A DNA stretch of 62,308 nucleotides, taken from a virus. Taxonomy: Duplodnaviria > Caudoviricetes. Position 1 is the stretch's first letter; the number at the start of each line of letters is the position of its first letter. The translations under genes were made by a program, and so were the position numbers. Location: IMG/VR virus record IMGVR_UViG_3300037797_000094, positions 1 through 62,308 of that record; one strand, written 5' to 3'. Below are positions 16,028 to 23,662 of the stretch, in pieces. The notes below the pieces were generated by a model, which had not been told where the DNA came from, made no database searches, and saw nothing but the letters and a program-made list of their open reading frames with translations.

Positions 16028-17944
16028 TTACTCCTTTGGTGGAAAGTATGTTGTAGTTACCCCTCTGCCTCCTCCTTTCTCTCGCCTAATCTTGCCTTTC
16101 CTAACCAACCGTCCCATGATCTCTACGATAGATGCTCGGTTGAACCCAGTTGATTCTACTAGGTCTGGAGTGGACATTCCTTGTGGATGAGATAAGACTA
16201 GGTCTAGGAGGACAAGGGTATGACCAGATTCTGTCTCACCTTCTAGGATTGGTTGGTATGCAAACTTGTTTATTGTATCGATATCGAACTTAAGTCGGAG
16301 TGAACGACCAGACGGTGCAGCTTTGAATTCTCGCTCAATGATAACAGTGTCAATTCTATCTGTGGTATCATCAATAACTGGAGCCACATGGAGGGCTGAT
16401 TCCAGCCATGCGTGGAATGCAAAGGATCCGTACATATGCTGACCACCGCGTTCATTGTCATCTCCTTTCCCCTTATTCCAATGGTGAACGACGGTAATAG
16501 CACATCCAAACTCTTCTCTCCAAAACTTAACAGTTTGGAGCAAATCTGACACCTGGGTTGCACGGTACTCATCTACACCACCTAACATGACGACCAGAGG
16601 ATCAAGAATAACTAAAGCTGGATTGACCTGTGAGATAAGCCGTCTAAGTTGGTCAACTCGTTCGTCAGTTTGAAGACTAAACCCTTGGAGGTTGATGATA
16701 TGAAGTGGATAGTCTGGGTAATGGACTTTGAGTTGTTTCTCTGCAGGAAACCACTCGGCACTCGGAAGCATACCTTTATGATTTCCGATGAGTCGTATTC
16801 TTTCCTGCAAGATTGGCATGGGATCTTCTTCTTGAACAAGAATAACAGGACCTGTTTTTCCGACAACAAACTGGTCCAGGAATGGCCTTCCGGACAAGAT
16901 TGAAAGCCCAAGATCGAGGGCGATCCAAGTTTTGTACGACTTTGATGGACCCGATATGAATCCGACTGTTCCATCAACCCAAGAATCCTCAACTAACCAT
17001 TGAAGTACAGTAGGCTGTGAGAGGAAGTCATTCCAACCCCTCACCACCATCTGTTCTATTTCTTCTTTTGGGGCTTTGCGCTCTTTCTTGCGCTCTAGCT
17101 GTTCCTTGACCGCGGCTCTGGCAGAAGCTATCTGTTTAAGAAGTTGCCTCTTCTCGTCCCGACGGCCAGAGAACTTATTGTATGGAAGGCGCTGAAGAAT
17201 ATGCGCGATAATAGCTTCGTCGACTTTAGCCTTTATCAGATCACGAGCAAGTTTTTGGATCTCAACAGATCTATCACTTACTTCTCGTCGTTGGATTCTG
17301 AGCTTAAGTCCCTTGGAGAGTCCACTGATGGCAGCGTCGACTTCCATCTTGGGAACATCTTTCCACTCTCCAGGAAGTTCTTCATCATTGAGAACTGGCG
17401 GATAGAGTCTTCTAATCTCGTGTGGCGAATACGCACTACGTTTTGCCCAGAGGATCTTAACCTCAGGAGAAGAAGGATATTTAAAGTTTTTAGTTCCAGG
17501 AAGACGGAGGACCTGCGTGAGATCCCATCCACCCTTATCTGCCCCATCCGCATAAGCAATTCTCTTTGATAAGGATGCAGCTTCATCGGGTTTAATCTCC
17601 TCTGTAAGAAACCACAGGGCCTGGTATCTTCCTGGAGATGATTCCCATGCAATAGATGGACGAATTCTACAATCGTCGGGGTGGACCGGATCAAGGTCGG
17701 CCCAGAGAAGGTTGGTTGCTTTGGCATACTCCTTCTTTCTCTGTGGTTCTGAGAAGACGACTGGACAGAAGTAGTTGTCAGCTCTATCTGGTACGTCTAT
17801 CTTTGGAAAACTGCCGTTAACGTGAATACCAGGAGTTTCGTGCCACTCTTTACTCTTGGCGTCTTTATATGGGACGAAGACGAAACCTTCCCGGGATCCC
17901 CATACTGCCGACAGTAGCCGTTTGGTGTTCTCGGCTAGTTTCAT
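16028..17944 (-). CDS. RepB-like primase fused to AAA_25/RecA-type helicase and C-terminal HTH
   Basis: WADLD, SSPGRYQALW and LRLPGT primase motifs; Walker A GPSKSYKT; ILDPL Walker B; VVHHWNK. Confidence 0.88.
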   Translation of the reverse strand: MKLAENTKRLLSAVWGSREGFVFVPYKDAKSKEWHETPGIHVNGSFPKIDVPDRADNYFCPVVFSEPQRKKEYAKATNLLWADLDPVHPDDCRIRPSIAWESSPGRYQALWFLTEEIKPDEAASLSKRIAYADGADKGGWDLTQVLRLPGTKNFKYPSSPEVKILWAKRSAYSPHEIRRLYPPVLNDEELPGEWKDVPKMEVDAAISGLSKGLKLRIQRREVSDRSVEIQKLARDLIKAKVDEAIIAHILQRLPYNKFSGRRDEKRQLLKQIASARAAVKEQLERKKERKAPKEEIEQMVVRGWNDFLSQPTVLQWLVEDSWVDGTVGFISGPSKSYKTWIALDLGLSILSGRPFLDQFVVGKTGPVILVQEEDPMPILQERIRLIGNHKGMLPSAEWFPAEKQLKVHYPDYPLHIINLQGFSLQTDERVDQLRRLISQVNPALVILDPLVVMLGGVDEYRATQVSDLLQTVKFWREEFGCAITVVHHWNKGKGDDNERGGQHMYGSFAFHAWLESALHVAPVIDDTTDRIDTVIIEREFKAAPSGRSLRLKFDIDTINKFAYQPILEGETESGHTLVLLDLVLSHPQGMSTPDLVESTGFNRASIVEIMGRLVRKGKIRREKGGGRGVTTTYFPPKE

Positions 17945-17947
17945 CTT

Positions 17948-18145
17948 CTATGACTTACTTACTCTTTGGTACCATTCTGCTTCCATTGCTTTCTTAACAT
18001 CCCTTCGTCTTAAAACATACACCCAACCTAACTTAGAAGCTTTAAGATCATTCTTACGAATTCTACGGATGATCTCTTTATGGGGAAGAGCCATCATTTC
18101 ACCGGCTTGCTTTGCAGTTAATAGTTCTTCGATATCGACTGCCAT
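17948..18145 (-). CDS. Excisionase-like HTH DNA-binding protein
   Basis: LLTAKQAGEMM...IRRIRKNDLKASKLG pattern. Confidence 0.75.
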   Translation of the reverse strand: MAVDIEELLTAKQAGEMMALPHKEIIRRIRKNDLKASKLGWVYVLRRRDVKKAMEAEWYQRVSKS

Positions 18146-18246
18146 TTCCTTACCTTTCTAGTTGAATTCCCGTCAGGACGGAGGCTGCCCATCCGTGGGA
18201 GGTTGCTTCCAAGCCTCTCTCAGAACTCCGTCCTGACGGTATTCCT

Positions 18247-18275
18247 ATTATATTATACGAGAATGCCGGTGTCAA
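18247..18275 (-). promoter_or_regulatory. Leftward promoter of a divergent pair
   Basis: TTGACA-17 nt-TATAAT. Confidence 0.85.
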
Positions 18276-18301
18276 GCCTCTGGTTCTCGATAAACTAGGC
18301 A

Positions 18302-18330
18302 TTGACAAAGGTTTCGTGATGTAATATAAT
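18302..18330 (+). promoter_or_regulatory. Rightward promoter of a divergent pair
   Basis: TTGACA-17 nt (aaggtttcgtgatgtaa)-TATAAT. Confidence 0.88.
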
Positions 18331-18366
18331 AGTAGTGACGGACCACTCACTTCAACGGAGGAGGTC

Positions 18367-18765
18367 GTGGCGGTAAACTGGAAAGTCTTGTGGAAGAAAG
18401 AAGACGGTCCAAAAACATTCAAGAGATTTCCAGATGATCTGAAGACTGCAATTATCTTTGCTAAATCTTTGAAGAGACAGGGTTTAAAACCTAATGTTGT
18501 CTCTTCTAACAAGGCTTGGCCTCCTACCAAAGAGCAGGAACTGAAGCGCCGACCTGGTGATATGTGGTGCCCATACTGTATCAAGTGGAGACATTTTAAG
18601 CTCTTTGCTGTTAAGAAATCTGGCTATACTAGTGAAGCTTTTATGAGGTGTCCAGTTTGTACAATCTCCACTAATGACCATTGGGTGAAAAGATACAATG
18701 GGATGATTGAGCATTTAACTGAATCAGAACTTATTAGGAAACTAACACGGTTGGAGAGTTCATGA
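18367..18765 (+). CDS. Zn-ribbon hypothetical protein
   Basis: CPYC and CPVC motifs; GGAGGAGGT RBS. Confidence 0.75.
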   Translation: MAVNWKVLWKKEDGPKTFKRFPDDLKTAIIFAKSLKRQGLKPNVVSSNKAWPPTKEQELKRRPGDMWCPYCIKWRHFKLFAVKKSGYTSEAFMRCPVCTISTNDHWVKRYNGMIEHLTESELIRKLTRLESS

Positions 18766-18956
18766 TGGATGATGGCGAGCAGAAGATGTATTGCAAGCAT
18801 TGCTGGAACGAATTGGAAAGGATTGAATATAGAGAAAAAGGTGCACGAACCTATGGAGATGTGGAAAATGTTTTGAAACATAAAGCACATCCCAAGTACG
18901 TGGTTTGTTCTAAGAGCCCTATTACTGATGAAGATGTAATCAACGAACTTCCGTGA
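18762..18956 (+). CDS. Hypothetical protein
   Basis: Coupled ORF; CKHC motif. Confidence 0.65.
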   Translation: MMDDGEQKMYCKHCWNELERIEYREKGARTYGDVENVLKHKAHPKYVVCSKSPITDEDVINELP

Positions 18957-20377
18957 AGTATAGATATAGCTTTAAGACAAAACCATACAAGTATCAGTTA
19001 AGAGCTTTAAAGAAGATTGCTAAGCTTGATGGTATAGCCGGACTCTTCATGGAAATGGGTACCGGTAAAACTAAAGTAGCAATCGACTGGGCTGGTATTG
19101 GCTACAAGAACCTGAATGTCCGTCGCGTCCTTGTAATCTGTCCACTCTCAGTTATGGGGGTTTGGGACAGGCAACTCAAAGAACATCTACCTTACTTTGC
19201 GAGGGTCAGATTACTACAAGGACCTACAGCAGAACGTGCTAAACTCATTAAGTTTATGATACGTAGCTCTCAGCCCACACAAGATTGGTTGGTAATTAAC
19301 TATGAAGGAATCTGGCGTGGAGCCAGCAGAAATTCGATTGAAGATCTCCTCGAAAAGTGGTCACCTGATCTGGTCATTTGTGACGAGGCGCACAGGCTCA
19401 AAAGCAATGGGGCTAAACAATCGAAGGTCGCCGCTCGAATTGGTCGCCAAGCTCGACAAAGACTTATCCTCACCGGAACTCCTATCACTAAATCGCCTCT
19501 TGACGTCTTTGGCGAGTTCAGATTTCTCGATGACCAAATCTTTGGAAGTAATTGGTACCGATTCAAAAACTACTTTGGAGTTTGGGGCGGTTTCGGTAAC
19601 TATCAACTCAGAGGATACAAACATCTGAAGGAGTTAGTAGCAGCTGTTCGAGAGAACACTTTTCGCATCAAAAAAGAGAAGGCAATCGACCTTCCGGCAA
19701 AAGTGTCGGTTACTGTCCCTGTGGTCTTAGGACAGAAAGCTATGGACCATTACCGGAAGATGGCCAAGAAGATGATCATTGAGATTGAGGAGACTCATGC
19801 GACTGCCGCGATTGTTCTCACGAAAATCCTCCGACTTTCCCAAATCACTTCTGGCTTTATCACTGATGTATCGGGTACAATCAGGGTATTCGATAATGCC
19901 AAGCTTAAGGCTTGCACGGATCTTCTGGAAGATATACTGGAGGCGGATCAAAAGGTTGTCATTTTTGTCAGATTCCGTAAAGATATCGCACGTCTCGAAG
20001 AAGCCATCATCAAGCAGTTCAAACGACAGCCTCTAATACTGTCGGGAAGTGTCGCCCATAACAAACGCGACAGTTTAATTGAGAGATTCCATGAAGATAA
20101 GAACGAAAAGATATTCATCGCGCAGATTCAGGCGGGCTCACTTGGGATTAGTCTTACACCAGCAAGTGTTGCTATCTTTTATAGTTTGGATTACTCCTAT
20201 GCGAACTACGTCCAAGCACAGGATAGACTTCATCGTATCGGTCAGACTTCCAAGGTTACCTACTATCACCTTGTCGTTCCTAGAACTATCGACACCCTGA
20301 CTTTGCAGATTCTAAAGGAGAAGGGGAATATCGCTGAAGCTATTATACATGATCCGAAAATACTCCGACCTCAGTAA
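18953..20377 (+). CDS. SNF2-family helicase
   Basis: MGTGKT; DEAH; LTGTP; QAQDRLHRIGQ. Confidence 0.92.
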   Translation: MKYRYSFKTKPYKYQLRALKKIAKLDGIAGLFMEMGTGKTKVAIDWAGIGYKNLNVRRVLVICPLSVMGVWDRQLKEHLPYFARVRLLQGPTAERAKLIKFMIRSSQPTQDWLVINYEGIWRGASRNSIEDLLEKWSPDLVICDEAHRLKSNGAKQSKVAARIGRQARQRLILTGTPITKSPLDVFGEFRFLDDQIFGSNWYRFKNYFGVWGGFGNYQLRGYKHLKELVAAVRENTFRIKKEKAIDLPAKVSVTVPVVLGQKAMDHYRKMAKKMIIEIEETHATAAIVLTKILRLSQITSGFITDVSGTIRVFDNAKLKACTDLLEDILEADQKVVIFVRFRKDIARLEEAIIKQFKRQPLILSGSVAHNKRDSLIERFHEDKNEKIFIAQIQAGSLGISLTPASVAIFYSLDYSYANYVQAQDRLHRIGQTSKVTYYHLVVPRTIDTLTLQILKEKGNIAEAIIHDPKILRPQ

Positions 20378-20390
20378 GCTCTATAGACCC

Positions 20391-20419
20391 TTGACAAAGA
20401 AAACTGACGGCATTATAAT
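20391..20419 (+). promoter_or_regulatory. Promoter of the nucleotide-modification operon
   Basis: TTGACA-17 nt-TATAAT just upstream of GTG at 20430. Confidence 0.85.
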
Positions 20420-20429
20420 AGAGGTACCA

Positions 20430-20972
20430 GTGAAAATTCGAGATTATGCTAGAATTGTTGTTGAAGGGATGGACGGTTCTGGCAAGAGCACTCTCGTCAA
20501 ACAGTTAATGGAATATCTTGGAGAACAAGGAGACTATGTTCCCGGATATAATAGAGTTATTGGTGAGAAGGCTCCAATGCCACAGTGGTGGATGGAAAAG
20601 CTAGCCTATAACCCTGTGGGGAAGATCGTAGTTCATGATCGTTTCTTTTATCCAGAACTTGTATATGGACCAGTTCTTCGCAAACGAGTAGTGATGGACA
20701 GAGGAACAGAATCTTATGTAAGAGAGTTTCTCCGTCACCGGGCCTTCTTAATCTATTGTCGCCCGCCCGTAAAGACGATCGCCCAGGATATCCATAAAGT
20801 TGAACAAATGAAAGGGGTTAAAGAACACTTCAATGAACTACTGACAGCATATGATCAGGTGATGATCGATGAAGCAGGAGTTATGAATAGTAGATTCGCT
20901 AGGTACGACTGGACCCAGCCAATGGAACTGGTTAAACTCATTCGACGACTAACAGGTTACATCTACGAATGA
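20430..20972 (+). CDS. dNMP (thymidylate-type) kinase
   Basis: VVEGMDGSGKST P-loop; HDRF motif; start moved to GTG 20430 because a promoter lies inside the longer ORF. Confidence 0.85.
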   Translation: MKIRDYARIVVEGMDGSGKSTLVKQLMEYLGEQGDYVPGYNRVIGEKAPMPQWWMEKLAYNPVGKIVVHDRFFYPELVYGPVLRKRVVMDRGTESYVREFLRHRAFLIYCRPPVKTIAQDIHKVEQMKGVKEHFNELLTAYDQVMIDEAGVMNSRFARYDWTQPMELVKLIRRLTGYIYE

Positions 20973-21379
20973 ATATTAACGACGTCGAGACTGAGGCTCC
21001 AGAAGATGGAGATTGGCTCCAAAACATCTTTGACCGACAAGCAGAACTTGAGGATCGTTACAAAGAGATCGAGACTAAGAACGGATTCCCACCTCCAGTT
21101 AGTAGAGATCTCGACGATTACGCTTTCCAACGGTACCTCAAAGACGCTACTTACCGTTTTATTGAGGAGATCTCGGAAGCAACAAATTGTCTCAAGAACA
21201 AACCATGGAAATCAACTCCAGTCCTCACTGACCGAGATCACTACTACGAAGAAATCTCAGATGCCATCCACTTCTTTGTCAGATTCTGTCAACTCTCAGG
21301 ATTAACTGCCGAAGGATTCTATAGACTTTACTTTAAGAAATCTGAGGTAAACTTGTTTAGACAGGAGAGCAACTACTAA
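20969..21379 (+). CDS. Dimeric all-alpha dUTPase/dCTPase
   Basis: Q..L; EExxE; KPWK; EExxDxxHF motifs of the all-alpha NTP pyrophosphatases (family of T4 gp56). Confidence 0.85.
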   Translation: MNINDVETEAPEDGDWLQNIFDRQAELEDRYKEIETKNGFPPPVSRDLDDYAFQRYLKDATYRFIEEISEATNCLKNKPWKSTPVLTDRDHYYEEISDAIHFFVRFCQLSGLTAEGFYRLYFKKSEVNLFRQESNY

Positions 21380-21669
21380 TGCCAGATTTTGGCAACAGCG
21401 GGGGCGGGCCGACGCGGCCCAAGGGGCACATCTACGTACCGATGCCAGCTTCTAAAAATGCCTATGGAGAGGGTAATAAAAGAGATCAACTCATAAGACG
21501 GTATGGTGAAGTATCAGTTATGCATGCAGAAGTAGCAGCTTGTGTAACTATCTTAATGCACTTAGGAATTGTGAAGAAAACTGAGTTTGTTGAACTAGTA
21601 GAGCACTCTCTGCAAGCTGCAGATATCCGTCGTCAGAGCCAGGCAGAATCTGGAGGAAGGGTTAGGTGA
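21379..21669 (+). CDS. Hypothetical protein in modification operon
   Basis: TAATG coupling upstream and GTGA overlap downstream. Confidence 0.7.
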   Translation: MPDFGNSGGGPTRPKGHIYVPMPASKNAYGEGNKRDQLIRRYGEVSVMHAEVAACVTILMHLGIVKKTEFVELVEHSLQAADIRRQSQAESGGRVR

Positions 21670-22559
21670 TTAATGCCACACTTCCTGATCTTCGTAAAGC
21701 TTGGGAGTATGCTTACTTCGGCTTGCTTGATGATAAGCCCGGTTTTATTGATTTCTATCAACGCAATATCATACATTCCTTTAGTAATCTTCTTCGAGCT
21801 GAGTCTGCTGTCTTTGATTTTGATCTTGGGAATCCTCTCGGTCTCACGATCACAAAGTGGTCCAAGTTTACTGGACAATATGTAGATATTCCATCATTGA
21901 TGGCTTGGGTGAACAATGCACCAAATGTTAAAACTTACGATGCGCTCTGGACTTTCAAAATTGTACCGCCGAACTTCACGGGTAAGAAGGCGGTCCATCA
22001 GTGGGGCAACTGCCTCCTTGGATACTCCTTCCGTAGAAAGCCCAAACCGGTTCTATCACTTTACACCAGAGCCCAAAGCCTCGGATTTGCCGGAATCGCA
22101 GACTACGCTCTCACTCATTTCGTGGCTAAGCAACTGGCTACAAGACTCGGAATACCACAAGAATCGATAGCAGTAAATGTTCACTGTGAGAATTTTCTTA
22201 TCAAGATGGTAGAGGTTAGACACTATCTAGAAGGCACTGGCAAAATTAAGAAGTATCTAGCTCGTAAAGATCGCATCGCCGACTCTATCCAATACTATAT
22301 TGATTACATGAATAAACCAGAAGATGAGATTAGATGGAGAGCTGCTAGAAGATACCGTCAGAAGTTAGATAAACTACGGGCTGGCACATTGAAGTCACTT
22401 CCTGTGGATGGTCTAACTCTAAGAGGATGGCACGCCCACAGTCTGGTCATTCCAAAGCGTTCAGCTAGAGAAGCAAGTCAATACATTCTATCAGAACGCA
22501 ATGGTGATGGAGTCACAGAAGAAGAGATGGAGACAGAAGAGGATGAGATCCTTCTCTGA
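21666..22559 (+). CDS. Divergent thymidylate-synthase-fold protein
   Basis: WGNCLLGYSF...LSLYTRAQSLGFAGIAD aligns with the TS catalytic Cys strand and RSxD...N/D helix. Confidence 0.6.
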   Translation: MINATLPDLRKAWEYAYFGLLDDKPGFIDFYQRNIIHSFSNLLRAESAVFDFDLGNPLGLTITKWSKFTGQYVDIPSLMAWVNNAPNVKTYDALWTFKIVPPNFTGKKAVHQWGNCLLGYSFRRKPKPVLSLYTRAQSLGFAGIADYALTHFVAKQLATRLGIPQESIAVNVHCENFLIKMVEVRHYLEGTGKIKKYLARKDRIADSIQYYIDYMNKPEDEIRWRAARRYRQKLDKLRAGTLKSLPVDGLTLRGWHAHSLVIPKRSAREASQYILSERNGDGVTEEEMETEEDEILL

Positions 22560-23211
22560 TTTTAAGCAGGCGAACAATGAGATTAAGCGAGATCTTGCTG
22601 AGCTTGGAACCTATGTACATCCACAGACCATGCAGGACAAAGATATCGCTCAAGATCCCAAGTACGGAACCAGAGAGCTCATTAACTACGACTACATGGT
22701 ACTGGAGCCGAGACTCGAGGATCTATCTCCCATACAACCTTGGGCCGATGCTGAATTTCTTGAGCGAGTATCTTTTGTCGGACCATCAGCTGGGAAAGCA
22801 TGGGAATTGCGGCCCGACGTGTGGAAAGAGTTCCATGATCGTGGATTTGCCTATTCATACGGGGAGAGATATGCATATGGGTTGGAAGATGTCATTGATG
22901 AGCTTGTACGGCATCCAGAGTCTCGACAGTTATTCCTATCGGTTTGGGATCCTGCACTCGATAGTGAACGCTTAGGTAAGAAAAGAGTTCCATGTTCTCT
23001 AGGTTACTGGTTTGTTAAACGCGGCGGACAACTTCATATGACCTACATGGAACGATCAGCGGACTTTGCAATACATTTTGAGAATGACCAATACCTCTCA
23101 CATAAGCTTCAAAGATACATGGCGGAAAAGGTTGGAGTCCCAGCGGGTAGATTTACCCATTGGATCGGCTCTCTCCATGTATACCAGAAGGACGTGGCTG
23201 GAGTATTCTGA
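22543..23211 (+). CDS. Thymidylate-synthase-fold enzyme of dCMP-modifying type (hydroxymethylase/methylase-like)
   Basis: YSYGER; SRQ; RVPCS; RSADFAIHFEND with Asp at the E. coli Asn177 position; GSLHVY. Confidence 0.85.
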   Translation: MRSFSDFKQANNEIKRDLAELGTYVHPQTMQDKDIAQDPKYGTRELINYDYMVLEPRLEDLSPIQPWADAEFLERVSFVGPSAGKAWELRPDVWKEFHDRGFAYSYGERYAYGLEDVIDELVRHPESRQLFLSVWDPALDSERLGKKRVPCSLGYWFVKRGGQLHMTYMERSADFAIHFENDQYLSHKLQRYMAEKVGVPAGRFTHWIGSLHVYQKDVAGVF

Positions 23212-23212
23212 C

Positions 23213-23662
23213 GTGCCTGCACGCATCTCTCGTGATCATATGTTGATGGAGACAGCCCATGTCATTTCTCATCGGGGAAGTTGTGAACGATCTCAAGTGG
23301 GGTCTATTATCTCGAAGGATTCAAGAATCGTTAGCACGGGCTATGTCGGAAGTCCTGCAGGATCAGCCCATTGTTCAGAAGTTGGGTGTGAGATTGGAAA
23401 TCACGGGGGATGTATTCGTACAGTCCACGCCGAAGCTAACGCCATCGCATTCGCAGCTAGAGCTGGAGTTGGAACTGAAGGCTGTGTTCTCTATACAACC
23501 CTTGCTCCCTGTCGAGAGTGCGCAAAGCTCATTGTCAATGCCGGAATCATAAGGGTTGTCTATCACCATTCTTACCGTGATCCATCGGGATTAAAACTAC
23601 TAGAAGACGCCAGTATCCAGGTAGACAACTTTGTTGATGTCTCGAAAGTAGATCATGGTTAG
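23213..23662 (+). CDS. dCMP deaminase
   Basis: RGSCxRxQVG; HAEANAI; PCRECAK zinc motifs; GTG start at 23213. Confidence 0.92.
   Translation: MPARISRDHMLMETAHVISHRGSCERSQVGSIISKDSRIVSTGYVGSPAGSAHCSEVGCEIGNHGGCIRTVHAEANAIAFAARAGVGTEGCVLYTTLAPCRECAKLIVNAGIIRVVYHHSYRDPSGLKLLEDASIQVDNFVDVSKVDHG

Noticed and set aside
17948-18330. Lysogeny switch (xis-like gene plus divergent promoters)
   Set aside because: No integrase, CI-like repressor, parA or att site recognised; the promoters simply drive the two replication arms
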